This document shows positions 28,520 through 39,370 of a stretch of 64,000 nucleotides of DNA, piece after piece. Each line of letters starts with the position of its first letter. Position 1 is the first letter of the stretch. The notes under the pieces were generated by a model. That model was given only the letters and a program-made list of their open reading frames with translations, ran no database searches and was not told the DNA's origin. Source of the DNA: Actinomycetes bacterium (GTDB lineage: Bacteria > Actinomycetota > Thermoleophilia > BMS3ABIN01); NCBI GenBank assembly GCA_021787475.1, contig JAJYLW010000002.1, positions 56,249 through 120,248 of the forward strand, read 5' to 3'. The translations under genes were made by a program, and so were the position numbers.

Positions 28520-28556
28520 ACAAGCAAAAAGACAAAAACCCTGTTTTCCAGCAGGG
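28520..28556 (-). terminator. Intrinsic terminator of rpoD
   Basis: Minus-sense CCCTG-CTGGAAAA-CAGGG followed by TTTTTGTCTTTTTG. Confidence 0.65.
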
Positions 28557-28575
28557 CAATGAACCGGGCGGCGGT

Positions 28576-29673
28576 TTATTCCAGAAATTCCTTCAACTTT
28601 TGCGACTCGCGGTAGCTTTTCAGCTTCACCAGGGTCTTGGCCTCGATCTGCCGGATGCGCTCCCGGGTGACGCCAAACTTTTGCCCTACTTCCTCGAGCG
28701 TGCGCGGATGCTCGCCCTTGAGTCCGAACCTGAGCTCGATAACCTTGCGCTCGCGGTGCGTAAGGCTGTTTAGGACCTCTGCCAGATCCTCCTTCTGCAT
28801 AATATCGGAAACCGCTTCGACGGGAGCCACGGCCTCGTTGTCCTCAATAAAGTCACCCAGTTGACTGTCTTCCTCTTCGCCTATGGGAGTCTCCAGTGAC
28901 ACCGGCTCCTGGGAGATCTTGATGATCTCGCGCACCTTCTCCGCGGTGGTGTCCATCTCCCGGGCGATCTCAAACGGAGTTGGCTCCCGGCCTTTGTCCT
29001 GCAGCAGTTGCCGCTGCACCCTGATCAGCTTATTGATCGTCTCCACCATATGCACGGGGATGCGGATCGTGCGCGCCTGATCGGCGATGGCGCGCGTAAT
29101 CGCCTGCCTGATCCACCAGGTGGCGTATGTTGAGAATTTGTAACCTTTGCGGTAGTCAAACTTTTCCACCGCGCGAATAAGGCCGAGGTTGCCTTCCTGA
29201 ATCAGATCCAGAAACAGCATTCCCCGGCCAACGTACCGCTTGGCGATGCTGACGACGAGGCGGAGGTTTGCCTGAATCAGCTTTCGTTTGGCCTCCATGT
29301 CCTGCCGCTCGATCCTCTTGGCCAGCGTCACCTCTTCCTCGGCTGTCAGCAGCGGCACCCTGCCGATCTCCTTAAGATAAAGGCGCACCGGATCGCTGGT
29401 GGGCGTTTTGACCGACAGGTCGAGGCGGCTGAGGATTTCTTCTTCCGCCTTGCCGTCGGCGGGGATATCAGCCAAGAGAACCTCGTCGTCCTCCTCGACA
29501 ACTTCGATCCCCATGTCAAGAAAGGTTGAATAAATGCTTTCGATCTGGTCCGTGGAAAGCTCGACTTCCTGAAGGACATCAGCCACCCGGTCGGAAGACA
29601 GGTAGCCGTGCACTCTTCCCTCGGCGATCAGGTCCCGGACCTCATCCAGGCTGAGTTCTTCCGGACTGCTCAT
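28576..29673 (-). CDS. rpoD: RNA polymerase sigma factor RpoD (sigma-70)
   Basis: Regions 1.2 to 4, including [12 protein letters not shown], the -10 recognition helix [15 protein letters not shown] and region 4 ELRFGL. Confidence 0.9.
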   Translation of the reverse strand: MSSPEELSLDEVRDLIAEGRVHGYLSSDRVADVLQEVELSTDQIESIYSTFLDMGIEVVEEDDEVLLADIPADGKAEEEILSRLDLSVKTPTSDPVRLYLKEIGRVPLLTAEEEVTLAKRIERQDMEAKRKLIQANLRLVVSIAKRYVGRGMLFLDLIQEGNLGLIRAVEKFDYRKGYKFSTYATWWIRQAITRAIADQARTIRIPVHMVETINKLIRVQRQLLQDKGREPTPFEIAREMDTTAEKVREIIKISQEPVSLETPIGEEEDSQLGDFIEDNEAVAPVEAVSDIMQKEDLAEVLNSLTHRERKVIELRFGLKGEHPRTLEEVGQKFGVTRERIRQIEAKTLVKLKSYRESQKLKEFLE

Positions 29674-31458
29674 TTAAACCTCATAAGAACCGGATTGAAT
29701 AAGCTCAATTATCTCCCTCCGGCGCGCCTCGAGCCGGCAAAGATCTTTAAAACTTTCGGAATTATTATCGTCCCGGGAAAGCTCTTCTTTGAGGACAGAA
29801 ATGCGCCGGCTGATTCTGGCTTCGGAAAGGCGGAAGTAGAGCTCATGGAGCGCGGCCGGGGAGAGTTCCCCGGAGGTTTTTGACCTGACCTGAAGCTCGG
29901 GCAGGATGGAAGCGGCTGCTCCGGCCGGGACATCGGTCTGGGCTCTGGCAGAACCGCCATTTTGACCTTCAATCGTTTCCCTGACCCAGAGAAAAGCCGC
30001 CCGGGTCCGCTCCGTCGTGAAATAGGCGTCGGTCATGTCCTGCAAATGCCTTCTGGCCTCCCCTGGATATGCCAGACACAAGCTTAGAAAGCTTCTTTCG
30101 TTACTTTCCTGGTGCGTTAAAACCCGCCGGCGGGCTCCCTCTTCATCGCCCGCTGTATTCGAATGCGAGCCCGTCCTTATCAAGTATGCCACATTTTCAA
30201 CGTCGAGGCGGAGCCGCCCGGCAATGATCCTCAACTGCTCATCCAGCTCGACGGCATCGGCAGCGCCGGCAATCACTTTTCTTAATGCGGCAAAGGCTTT
30301 CTTGCGGCCGGCGGCGCTGGTCAAATCATGGCGCGACAGCGTTTCCTGGACGTGATATTCTAGCAACGTCGGCGCTTTGGCCGCAAGGCGGGCAAAGTCA
30401 TCTCCTCCCCCCGGGGCCATTGCCATGTCCGCCGGATCCTGGCCGGGAGGCATCCTGATAACCCATAATGATAAAATCAGGTCTCTCGCCAACTCCTGCA
30501 CCCTCAGCATTGCCTTTTGGCCGGCAGCATCGGCGTCAAAAGCGAGATAGATGTTTCTCGTGAACCTTGATATTTCCCGGAGCTGCGTTCCGGTGAGGGC
30601 TGTTCCCATCGAGGCGACTACATTTTTAATCCCGGCCTGGCTGAGCGCCATCACATCGGTGTAACCTTCGACAATAATGGCCTTGTCCTGACGGATAATG
30701 TCCCGGCGTGCGTTGCCAAGGCCAAAAACTAGGCTGCCTTTGTGGTAGAGATCAGAGTCAGGCGAGTTTAGATACTTTGGCTTGCTGTCATCAAGCACGC
30801 GGGCGCCAAAGCCGAGCACGCGGCCGCGGTGATCGGTAAAAGGAAACATCAGGCGGCTGCGGAAACGGTCGTAGACGCGGCCGGTTTTTTTTATTATCAG
30901 ACCGGCGCCAGACAGCTCTTCCTCCGAAAAGCCTTTGGCCCGGGCGGCCTTTGATAACGCCTGCCCTGCCGGGGATGAAAATCCGAGACGGTACTGACGG
31001 ATTACTTCCTCTTTAAATCCACGCTGCTTTAAGTAGCGGCGTCCCGGCGCTGCTTGCCCTGAATCGTGCAAGTATCTTGAATAATAGGTAGCTGCCTGGT
31101 CCAGCAGCGACAGAACCCGCTCGCGGCGTCTGTATTTTTCCTCCTGGCCGGCGCTGCCTTGCCTGAACTCCAGCCTGACGCCGTACTTGTCCGCCAGGGA
31201 GCCAACTGCCTCGGCAAACTCGGCGTCCTCAATTTTTTGAACAAACGTGAAGGCGTTACCGCCTTCGCCGCAGCCGAAGCAATAGTACAGTTTTTGAGCC
31301 GGATCAACCGAGAAAGAAGGCGTCTTTTCATTGTGGAACGGGCATCTTCCCATATAGTTGACACCCGTTTTCTTTAGCTGTGTATAAGGAGAGACAATCT
31401 CCAGCATGTCGCATGCATCGAGGACGGCCCGGATGGAGGATTGTTTGATTAATGGCAT
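29674..31458 (-). CDS. dnaG: DNA primase
   Basis: Zinc-binding CPFHNEKTPSF...CFGCG, a TOPRIM domain (EGYTDV) and a C-terminal DnaB-interaction domain. The start was set at the MPLIKQ ATG. Confidence 0.85.
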   Translation of the reverse strand: MPLIKQSSIRAVLDACDMLEIVSPYTQLKKTGVNYMGRCPFHNEKTPSFSVDPAQKLYYCFGCGEGGNAFTFVQKIEDAEFAEAVGSLADKYGVRLEFRQGSAGQEEKYRRRERVLSLLDQAATYYSRYLHDSGQAAPGRRYLKQRGFKEEVIRQYRLGFSSPAGQALSKAARAKGFSEEELSGAGLIIKKTGRVYDRFRSRLMFPFTDHRGRVLGFGARVLDDSKPKYLNSPDSDLYHKGSLVFGLGNARRDIIRQDKAIIVEGYTDVMALSQAGIKNVVASMGTALTGTQLREISRFTRNIYLAFDADAAGQKAMLRVQELARDLILSLWVIRMPPGQDPADMAMAPGGGDDFARLAAKAPTLLEYHVQETLSRHDLTSAAGRKKAFAALRKVIAGAADAVELDEQLRIIAGRLRLDVENVAYLIRTGSHSNTAGDEEGARRRVLTHQESNERSFLSLCLAYPGEARRHLQDMTDAYFTTERTRAAFLWVRETIEGQNGGSARAQTDVPAGAAASILPELQVRSKTSGELSPAALHELYFRLSEARISRRISVLKEELSRDDNNSESFKDLCRLEARRREIIELIQSGSYEV

Positions 31459-31513
31459 AAACCTACACCCTGGTTTCGCGTTTTGAAAAAGCTGATCATC
31501 CTTCGGGATCCGG

Positions 31514-32572
31514 TTATTCACCCTCCTCCCAACCCCGCGGCAGGAAGATTTCCTTGAATGTGCGAATGGCAAACTGGTCTGTCATACCGGCGATATAATC
31601 AGTCACCTTGACTGCAATTTCATTGCCGCCGGCTCCGGTCCATTCTGAAAGCAACCGGGGGTTTTCCATGTAATATGCAAACAGGTTGTCAACCACCAGG
31701 TTCACCCGCCCCATCTCCCGGCTGGCCACTGACCCGAGGTATACCTTCTTGAACAAAAACTCGCGCAGCCGGCCCATGGCTATTTTCATGTCCGGGCGCT
31801 GCCTGATCTCCCCCGTTCCTGAGCTTGTTTCAACCAGATCATGCACGAGCGTGTCAATGCGGCGGCTGCAGGTATCGCCCAGCATTGAGATTTCTTTCTC
31901 CGGCAGGTCGCGGGCGCCGATGACGCCGGCCCGGAGGGCGTCGTCAATATCATGATTTATGTAGGCAATCCGGTCGGCAAGCCGCACAATTCTGCCTTCC
32001 ATGGTGCTGGGGTGCTCAGGTCCGGTGTGATTAATGATGCCGTCCTCCACTTCAAAGCAAAGATTAAGCCCCATTCCCTGCCGCTCCAAGTGCTTGACGA
32101 CACGCAGGCTCTGCTTCTGATGCTCAAAAACGCGGCCGGTTCGTTTCTTGAGCGATGACGACAGCGCCTCCTCGCCCATGTGCCCGAAGGGAGTATGGCC
32201 GAGGTCGTGGCCGAGGCTGACGGCCTCCGCCAGGTCCTCATTTAACCTGAGCGCCCGCGCCGCCGTGCGGGAGATGCCCGAGACTTCCAGCGTATGCGTC
32301 AGGCGGGTGCGGTAGTGGTCGCCCTCGGGCGCGATGAAGACCTGTGTTTTGTGTTTGAGCCGGCGGAAGCTTTTGCTATGAACAATGCGGTCGCGGTCGC
32401 GCTGAAAACAGGTTCTTAAGCTGCAGGGCTCCTCGGGACGGGCGCGGCCACGGCTTTCGGACGACCTGACAGCAAACGGGGAAAGATTCTCCCTTTCCCA
32501 GAACTCAGCAGACGAACTAAGAACGCTCGTTTCGCGTTTCGCGTTTCGCGTTTCGCGTTGCACCTGGGCCAT
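31514..32572 (-). CDS. dgt: dGTP triphosphohydrolase-like HD-domain protein
   Basis: FQRDRDRIVHSKSFRRLKHKTQVF...HTLEVSGI...HDLGH. The start is uncertain because the N-terminus includes a heptamer tandem repeat. Confidence 0.75.
   Translation of the reverse strand: MAQVQRETRNAKRETSVLSSSAEFWERENLSPFAVRSSESRGRARPEEPCSLRTCFQRDRDRIVHSKSFRRLKHKTQVFIAPEGDHYRTRLTHTLEVSGISRTAARALRLNEDLAEAVSLGHDLGHTPFGHMGEEALSSSLKKRTGRVFEHQKQSLRVVKHLERQGMGLNLCFEVEDGIINHTGPEHPSTMEGRIVRLADRIAYINHDIDDALRAGVIGARDLPEKEISMLGDTCSRRIDTLVHDLVETSSGTGEIRQRPDMKIAMGRLREFLFKKVYLGSVASREMGRVNLVVDNLFAYYMENPRLLSEWTGAGGNEIAVKVTDYIAGMTDQFAIRTFKEIFLPRGWEEGE
32528..32555. repeat. Tandem heptamer (CGTTTCG)x4, minus-sense CGAAACG
   Basis: Read directly. 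It lies within or at the 5' end of dgt. Confidence 0.85.
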
Positions 32573-32710
32573 ATCCGGTAAAACGGGAATCAGACGTCCC
32601 GAAGAGTTAAACAGAATACCATTAACACTCACTTTAGCAGCACGCCCGGACAGAAAAAAGAGAGCCGGCCTTTCGCCCCGCCTCGCCACAGTTACCTGCT
32701 GGGATATACT

Positions 32711-35377
32711 CTAAGCCGTGGTAAACGCCATTTTTTTCTCTTCCAGCACCGCCTGCGCCGCCGCCAGCCGCGCCAGCGGCACCCGGTAGGGTGAGCAGCT
32801 GACATAGTTAAGCCCGGCCCGGTGGCAGAACTTGACGCTGTCAGGCTCCCCGCCATGCTCGCCGCAGACGCCGAGCTTGATGCCGGGTTTTTTCGCGCGG
32901 CTGGCGCTTACGGCCATCTCCACTAATTTACCGACGCCTTTAACGTCGATCGTCTCAAAGGGGTTCGTGCGCACGATTCCCTCTTCCAGATAATAGGTGA
33001 GGAACTTGCCCTCGGCATCGTCGCGGGAGAATCCCAGGGTCGTTTGGGTGAGGTCGTTGGTGCCAAAACTGAAGAAGTCGGCATAGTCAGCAATATGGCC
33101 TGCGGTTACGGCGGCGCGGGGAAGCTCGATCATGGTGCCCACCTTGTAATCAATCCTGGCGCCGGTCCCGGCGAGCACCTCGTCGCAGACCCGCACGGTC
33201 AGCTCTTGCATCCGACGCAGCTCTTCGGCGTAGCCGACAAGCGGAATCATGATCTCCACCAGCGGCGCGGCGCCGGTTTTCTCCTGCACCGCCACCGCTC
33301 CCTTCATGATGGCGCGCACCTGCATCTCGTAAATCTCGGGCCATTGGATGCCAAGCCGGCAGCCCCGCGTTCCAAGCATTGGGTTCATCTCCTTAAGCGC
33401 GCGCACACGGGCGGCGACGGCTTCCTTTTCGGCAATGTCTGCCTCAGATCCGCCCGTAAGCTTGAGCCGCTCGATATCAACCATCAGCTCGGTGTAATCA
33501 GGCAGGAACTCATGCAACGGTGGGTCCAGCAGCCTGATCGTAACCGGCAGGCCCTGCATAACCACAAAGATGTCCTCAAAATCGCCCTGCTGCATGGGGA
33601 GAAGCTTCTCAAGCGCGGCGGAGCGATCGCCGGCCCCGGAGGCCATAATCATCTCTCGCACAATCGGCAGGCGGTCAGGAGCCATGAACATATGCTCGGT
33701 GCGGCAAAGGCCAATACCTTCAGCGCCAAACTCGCGCGCCTTTTCAGCGTCTTCGGGCGTGTCGGCGTTGGTGCGCACACCCAGCCTGCGGATCTGGTCG
33801 GCCCATTCGACAATTGACTGGAAATTCTTGTTTATCTGCGGCGGCACCAGCTCGACGGCTCCAAGAATTACGTTGCCGGTGGTGCCGTCAATGGTGATGA
33901 CGTCGCCTTCGCTAATCACATGGCCGTCAACGCTAAACTGGCGCTCTTCCTCGCTGATCCTGATCTGGTCGGCGCCGCAGACAGCCGGCTTCCCCATTCC
34001 GCGGGCAACCACCGCCGCATGGCTGGTCATGCCACCATGCGAAGTCAGGACGCCCTGAGCCTGAATCAGACCGTGGATATCGTCGGGGCTGGTCTCCCAC
34101 CGCACCAGGATGACGGCCTCGCCATTCCTGCCCCTGGCTGCAGCCGTGTCGGCGTCAAATACTACTTGGCCGACGGCGGCGCCCGGAGACGCATTCAGCC
34201 CGGTTGTGACGACATTGTACTGCTTGGCCGGATCAAGCATCGGGTGAAGCAGTTGGTCCAGCTGGCTGGCGTCGACGCGTGCCACCGCTTCTTCCTTGCT
34301 GATAAGATCCTCAGCAAACATATCAACGGCGATCTTGACCGCCGCCGCCGCCGTCCGCTTGCCGTCACGGGTCTGGAGCATGTAAAGCTGGCCCTTTTCA
34401 ATCGTAAACTCGATGTCCTGCATCTCGCGGTAGTGCTGCTCCAGGGTTTGCATTACCTGCATCAACTTTTCGTACGCCTGGGGCAGATCGTCTTTCATCT
34501 GGGCCAGCTTCCTCGTCTTGCGGATGCCAGCGACAACATCCTCGCCCTGGGCATTGACGAGATAGTCGCCGAATATTTCCTTCTCGCCGGTGGAGGGATT
34601 CCGCGTAAAGGCGACGCCGGTGCCGGAAGCATCACCCATGTTGCCGAAGACCATCATGACGACATTTACAGCGGTGCCGAGGTCATCAGAAATATTGTAG
34701 TGGCGCCGGTAGGTAATGGCCCGGGGGGCGTCCCAGCTTTCAAAGACGGCGGCAATCGCCATGTCCAACTGCTCGCGCGGGTCGTCGGGAAAAGAGCGGC
34801 CCGTTTCCTTCTCCAGTATTTGCTTAAACGTTTCCACCAACTGCTTCATGTCGCCTGCCGAAAGCTCATTATCGAAACTGACCCCGGCCTTCTCCCGCCG
34901 GGCCGTAATCGCGTCCTCAAACAGCTGCCCTTCAACTTCCATGACAACCTTGCCAAACATCTGGATGAAGCGGCGGTAAGCATCGTAGGCAAAACGCTCA
35001 TCGCCTGTCTGCGCCGCCAGGCCCTGGACGGACTTATCGTTGAGGCCGAGGTTAAGGACGGTGTCCATCATGCCGGGCATGCTGAATTTGGCGCCCGAGC
35101 GCACGCTTACCAGTAGGGGATTGTCAGCCTGCCCCAGTTTCTTGCCCGTCTTCTGTTCGAGGGAAGAGAGATGCTGGACGACCTCGCCGGCAAGGCCCTC
35201 GGGGAACTGCTTGCCGGCCTTGCAGTAGGCAATGCAGGCTTCGGTGGTAATGGTAAAGCCGCCCGGAACCGGGATGCCAAGGTTGGTCATCTCGGCGAGA
35301 TTGGCCCCCTTCCCGCCAAGAAGGTCATTCATGCCGCGCGAGCCTTCGGCGAAGTCATAAACAAATTTCGTGCCCAC
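32711..35377 (-). CDS. ppdK: Pyruvate, phosphate dikinase
   Basis: 888 aa. N-terminal GGKGANLAEM ATP-grasp domain, the phospho-His domain motif TSHAAVVARGMG, and a C-terminal PEP-utilising TIM barrel. Confidence 0.9.
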   Translation of the reverse strand: MGTKFVYDFAEGSRGMNDLLGGKGANLAEMTNLGIPVPGGFTITTEACIAYCKAGKQFPEGLAGEVVQHLSSLEQKTGKKLGQADNPLLVSVRSGAKFSMPGMMDTVLNLGLNDKSVQGLAAQTGDERFAYDAYRRFIQMFGKVVMEVEGQLFEDAITARREKAGVSFDNELSAGDMKQLVETFKQILEKETGRSFPDDPREQLDMAIAAVFESWDAPRAITYRRHYNISDDLGTAVNVVMMVFGNMGDASGTGVAFTRNPSTGEKEIFGDYLVNAQGEDVVAGIRKTRKLAQMKDDLPQAYEKLMQVMQTLEQHYREMQDIEFTIEKGQLYMLQTRDGKRTAAAAVKIAVDMFAEDLISKEEAVARVDASQLDQLLHPMLDPAKQYNVVTTGLNASPGAAVGQVVFDADTAAARGRNGEAVILVRWETSPDDIHGLIQAQGVLTSHGGMTSHAAVVARGMGKPAVCGADQIRISEEERQFSVDGHVISEGDVITIDGTTGNVILGAVELVPPQINKNFQSIVEWADQIRRLGVRTNADTPEDAEKAREFGAEGIGLCRTEHMFMAPDRLPIVREMIMASGAGDRSAALEKLLPMQQGDFEDIFVVMQGLPVTIRLLDPPLHEFLPDYTELMVDIERLKLTGGSEADIAEKEAVAARVRALKEMNPMLGTRGCRLGIQWPEIYEMQVRAIMKGAVAVQEKTGAAPLVEIMIPLVGYAEELRRMQELTVRVCDEVLAGTGARIDYKVGTMIELPRAAVTAGHIADYADFFSFGTNDLTQTTLGFSRDDAEGKFLTYYLEEGIVRTNPFETIDVKGVGKLVEMAVSASRAKKPGIKLGVCGEHGGEPDSVKFCHRAGLNYVSCSPYRVPLARLAAAQAVLEEKKMAFTTA

Positions 35378-35525
35378 TTTTTCCTCCCTAAAGCTTGTTG
35401 TTAAAGATGGCGAAATACAACCAATCCACAGCTTTGCAAAAACACTTTTTGGGGATTTTCAGTTTACCCTATTGGTTTCTCAAACCACTAATCCAATATC
35501 CAAGTCCAACGTCGAATTTCCGGTT

Positions 35526-37685
35526 TCAGGGCGCTGCTGCCGCCAGCATCGGATCTCCGAGCTGCCTGAGCATTTGCGCCGCGCCCGCTACAAGCGCCAG
35601 CCTGTTATTCCGCAGCCGTCTGTCTCCTACCATCACAAGCACCCGGTCAAAAAACCGGTCAACGGCGGGGCGGACGGATGCGGCCAGCTCAAAGGCTTCG
35701 CCATACCTGCGGTCGGTGGCAAGTGTTTCAATTCTCGGAGAAAGATCATTAATGACCTCAAACAGCTGCCGCTCTTCGCCTGTCTCAAACAGGTCCGGGT
35801 CGGCTGGCGCCTCGGCGAAGTTCTCGCCTGCCTTGGCCGCCAATTTTGCACAGCGGAAATAGGCAGTATGAAAGTCATCAAAGGCGGGTTTTCGGCGGAA
35901 TTTGTCCAGCGTGCGGGCAAGCTGGTTTAAGGCGAGGACGCTCCTGGTCCCCGAGGCGCGCGCCGCCTCGGCCACCTCTACCGGGATGTCTTCTTCTGTC
36001 AAGCGGCGTTGCAACCGCTCGCAGATAAAATCAAACGCAGCGTCAATAACATCTCCTTTTTCGTTGACATCGGCCTTTTGGTCGATAAAGAGGCGGTGCG
36101 AAGCTGACAGCAGCGCCGATAGATCAAAGTCAAAGCCAAAGCGAATGGTTGTCTCCGCCAGCCCCGCAGCCGCCCGCCTGAGCCCGTAAGGATCACGCGA
36201 GCCGCTCGGCAGCTCGTCAACCGAAAAAGCGCCGGTGATATTGTCAACCTTATCGCAGACAGCCAGCGCCGCCCCCGCGACTGATGCCGGCAGTTCCCCG
36301 CCGGCGCCGGCAGGCAGATACTGCTCCCTAACTGCCTGGCAGACATCTTCCGGGTAGCCTTCCAGGCTCGCATAGACGGAGCCCATGTACCCTTGCAGTT
36401 CGGCAAACTCCTGGACCATGGCGCTTACCAGGTCGGCCTTGGCCAGCCGCGCCGCTGTTGCCGCCGTTTTACGGTCGGGGCCGCAGATGTCAACCAGGTC
36501 GGAAAATGCCTCCGCCAGCGACCAGAGGCGCCGGCTTTTGTCGGCAAGCGTGCCCAGGCGTTGATGAAAGACGACATCCCCCAGGCCGGCCGCCATCGCC
36601 TCGATGCCGGTGGCAAGATCCTTGTCAAAGGAAAACTCGGCGTCTTCGATCCTGCCCTCGAGCACGCGCTCGTTGCCTGCGGTGATGCCGGCGGCGCAGG
36701 CCGGATCACCGTTCATGATAAAAAGGAACCCCGGCTTAAGCGAGCCGTCCTTGCCAGTCAAGGGGAAATAACGCTGATGGGACTGCATGGCCGTGATGAG
36801 AACTTTATCGGGCAGGCGCAGGTGCGCTGCAGCGAACGAGCCGGCATGGACGCTGGGGTTTTCCACCAGATATACAACTTCTTCCAGCCTGCCGCCGGGG
36901 TCGGAAAAGACGGCGCCCGCTTTTGCCGCTTCGCTGGCAAGCCCGTCGAGGATAATCTGACGGCGCTCCTCCTGATCGACGATGACAAAATTTTCAGCCA
37001 GCACAGGCTTGTAATCGGCTGTATTTTTTAAGGAAATCTCGCGCCGGCCCAGAAACCTGTGTCCCTTGGTTGCATTGCCAAACAAGGCATTTAAGCCGCT
37101 GCCCGGATACAGCTCCCCTCCTGGGACCAGGTCTTCATCGTCAAGCTTGAGCACGATCCAGCGGATGGGCCTCGAAAACCGCAGTTTCGATTGTGTCCAA
37201 CCCATTGTCTTTTCAAAAGCAAAGCCGCTGATGATTTCCAGGCAGATATCACTTTCGATTAGTTCCTTGGTGTTTTTTTCCGTCGCGCTTTTTTTTACCG
37301 CGAATACAAACTTCTGACCCTGATATTCCCGGATTTCAAGCTCGCCTGCCGGCACGCCGTTTGCTCTGGCAAAGCCCTCACCGGCTTTGGTTGGCTTACC
37401 CTCCGCGTCAAAAGCAATGACCGCCCTGGGACCGCGTTTAACTATCTCCCGGGCCTCCGGCTGCAGGGGAACAGAGCTGATGAAAAATGCCATTCGCCTG
37501 GGACTTATCCACGTACGGATCTGGCTTTTCTCAACCTGAATCTGATGTCTGTTGAATGAGCTTTCAACCAAGCCGGGCGCCTGCTCGGCCGCCGCCCGGC
37601 AGGCGCCGGCCGGCAGCTCTTCTGTGCCGATCTCCAGCAGAAAATCGGCAAACCCGCACTTTTCCCCAGCCGCACCTGCCGGCAC
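35526..37685 (-). CDS. glyS: Glycyl-tRNA synthetase beta subunit
   Basis: 719 aa. The N-terminal DFLLEIGTEELPA is the GlyS signature. It is adjacent to glyQ. Confidence 0.9.
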   Translation of the reverse strand: MPAGAAGEKCGFADFLLEIGTEELPAGACRAAAEQAPGLVESSFNRHQIQVEKSQIRTWISPRRMAFFISSVPLQPEAREIVKRGPRAVIAFDAEGKPTKAGEGFARANGVPAGELEIREYQGQKFVFAVKKSATEKNTKELIESDICLEIISGFAFEKTMGWTQSKLRFSRPIRWIVLKLDDEDLVPGGELYPGSGLNALFGNATKGHRFLGRREISLKNTADYKPVLAENFVIVDQEERRQIILDGLASEAAKAGAVFSDPGGRLEEVVYLVENPSVHAGSFAAAHLRLPDKVLITAMQSHQRYFPLTGKDGSLKPGFLFIMNGDPACAAGITAGNERVLEGRIEDAEFSFDKDLATGIEAMAAGLGDVVFHQRLGTLADKSRRLWSLAEAFSDLVDICGPDRKTAATAARLAKADLVSAMVQEFAELQGYMGSVYASLEGYPEDVCQAVREQYLPAGAGGELPASVAGAALAVCDKVDNITGAFSVDELPSGSRDPYGLRRAAAGLAETTIRFGFDFDLSALLSASHRLFIDQKADVNEKGDVIDAAFDFICERLQRRLTEEDIPVEVAEAARASGTRSVLALNQLARTLDKFRRKPAFDDFHTAYFRCAKLAAKAGENFAEAPADPDLFETGEERQLFEVINDLSPRIETLATDRRYGEAFELAASVRPAVDRFFDRVLVMVGDRRLRNNRLALVAGAAQMLRQLGDPMLAAAAP

Positions 37686-37687
37686 AG

Positions 37688-38566
37688 TCAGACCTCCGCC
37701 GCCAACTGGCTCAAATAAAGCTCCGCACAGCGGCGCGCCAGGTTGCGGACGCGGGCGATGTAGCCGGTACGGTCCGTGACGCTGATCGCGCCCCGGGAGT
37801 CAAGCAGGTTGAACATATGCGAGCATTTAAGGACATAGTCATACGCCGGCAGCGGCAGCGCCGCCGCCAGGCAGCTCTCACATTCCTGCTCAAAGTCAAT
37901 AAAATGACGGCGCAGCATTTCAGTGCCGGCGGTCTCAAAGTTGTAGCAGGAAAACTGGGTTTCGCTCCGCCGGTAGATGTCACCATAATAAATATCCCTG
38001 TCATCAACGTCGCGGGCCCAAAGCAGGTCAAACACGCTGCTCTTCTTCTGCAGGTACATGGCGATCCGTTCCATGCCGTATGTTATCTCAACGGAAACCG
38101 GATCAAGATCAATGCCGCCCATCTGCTGGAAATAGGTAAACTGGGTGATTTCCATGCCGTCGATCCAGACCTCCCAGCCTAGCCCCCAGGCCCCCAGTGT
38201 CGGGCTTTCCCAGTCGTCCTCGACGAAGCGGACGTCATGTGCCGCCAGGTCAACGCCCAGCTCCGCCAGCGAGCACAGGTAGACATCCTGGGCGTCGCCG
38301 GGAGCCGGTTTTAAAATCACCTGGAACTGATAGTAATGAGACAGCCGGTAGGGATTATCGCCGTAGCGGCCGTCAGTGGGGCGGATTGACGGCTCCAGGT
38401 AGGCGGCGCGCCAGGGATCGCCGTCCAGGCAGCGCAGGAAAGTAGCCGGGTTGAAGGTACCGGCGCCCACCTCGGTGTGATATGGCTGCAGGAGGATGCA
38501 GCCCTGCGAAGACCAATAATTCTGCAGAGACAGTATAATTTCCTGGAAGGCGGGAAATTGACTCAA
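37688..38566 (-). CDS. glyQ: Glycyl-tRNA synthetase alpha subunit
   Basis: 292 aa with [23 protein letters not shown], which is near-identical to GlyQ family members. Confidence 0.9.
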   Translation of the reverse strand: MSQFPAFQEIILSLQNYWSSQGCILLQPYHTEVGAGTFNPATFLRCLDGDPWRAAYLEPSIRPTDGRYGDNPYRLSHYYQFQVILKPAPGDAQDVYLCSLAELGVDLAAHDVRFVEDDWESPTLGAWGLGWEVWIDGMEITQFTYFQQMGGIDLDPVSVEITYGMERIAMYLQKKSSVFDLLWARDVDDRDIYYGDIYRRSETQFSCYNFETAGTEMLRRHFIDFEQECESCLAAALPLPAYDYVLKCSHMFNLLDSRGAISVTDRTGYIARVRNLARRCAELYLSQLAAEV

Positions 38567-38605
38567 GGCGGAAAGTTATTGTATAGAAACAGGCAGGAAT
38601 TGTAA

Positions 38606-39370
38606 ATGCCGGGCTCCATCTCCACCGAAGCGGTGGTCCTCGGCTCACGCAAGCTGCGCGAGGCCGACCGGATTGTGACGCTTTTTACTTTTGACCTTGG
38701 CAAGGCTCCGGTTGTGGTCAAAGGTGTGCGCAAGGTCACCTCACGCTTTGGCGGACGACTGGAGCCGTTTACCCAGCTTGAAGTCAGGCTGCACCGGGGC
38801 CGCAGCCTGCACACTCTCACCGGAGCCGATACGATCAGGACCCGCGCCGCCGCCCGCAGTTGCCCTGCCGCTTTAAGGGCGGGGTTGTCTTTCATCAACC
38901 TGCTTGGGCGCGAAACCAATGAGCTGGAAAGACGCCCACGCACCTTTAACCTGGTGGCCAGGTTCCTCGACGTGCTTGATGCGTTGGCTAAAAGTGATGT
39001 GGAAGATGAATATTATGTCCGCCTGGCGCTGGCGGCGGACCTGAAGCTCTTGCTGTTGGCCGGCTATCTTCCCAGCCTGATCAGCTGCGCCGGTTGCGGC
39101 GCTGAAGAAGAACTTGCCAGCTTCTCCGCCAGGGCGGGCGGCGCCGTTTGCTCCGGCTGCGCCGGTGAAGATTCATTCCCAATTTCAGCGGCGGCGCTTG
39201 AAGAGATGCGCAATACGCTCGAATACCCGCTTTCTGAAACCCGTGCGGCTCCCCAGGAAGCGGCAGCCCGGGAAATCTGGCGGGCAGTCCGCGAGATTTG
39301 CCGGTATCACCTTGGCATTGACTTAAAGGTGCCGCCCTGGTGGAGCGAGCCGGCCCGGCGTCCGGGTTAG
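38606..39370 (+). CDS. recO: DNA repair protein RecO
   Basis: N-terminal OB fold (EAVVLGSRKLREADRIVTLFT) and a C-terminal Cys4 zinc motif CAGCG...CSGC. Confidence 0.8.
   Translation: MPGSISTEAVVLGSRKLREADRIVTLFTFDLGKAPVVVKGVRKVTSRFGGRLEPFTQLEVRLHRGRSLHTLTGADTIRTRAAARSCPAALRAGLSFINLLGRETNELERRPRTFNLVARFLDVLDALAKSDVEDEYYVRLALAADLKLLLLAGYLPSLISCAGCGAEEELASFSARAGGAVCSGCAGEDSFPISAAALEEMRNTLEYPLSETRAAPQEAAAREIWRAVREICRYHLGIDLKVPPWWSEPARRPG

Noticed and set aside
33044-35116. Long plus-strand ORFs (257 aa, 398 aa) inside ppdK. Similar antisense ORFs occur inside alaS (41024..43269), pyrG (57364..58515), glyS, hisS and the thi genes.
   Set aside because: These are typical spurious antisense ORFs of high-GC coding DNA. 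The opposite strand carries full-length, motif-rich housekeeping proteins.
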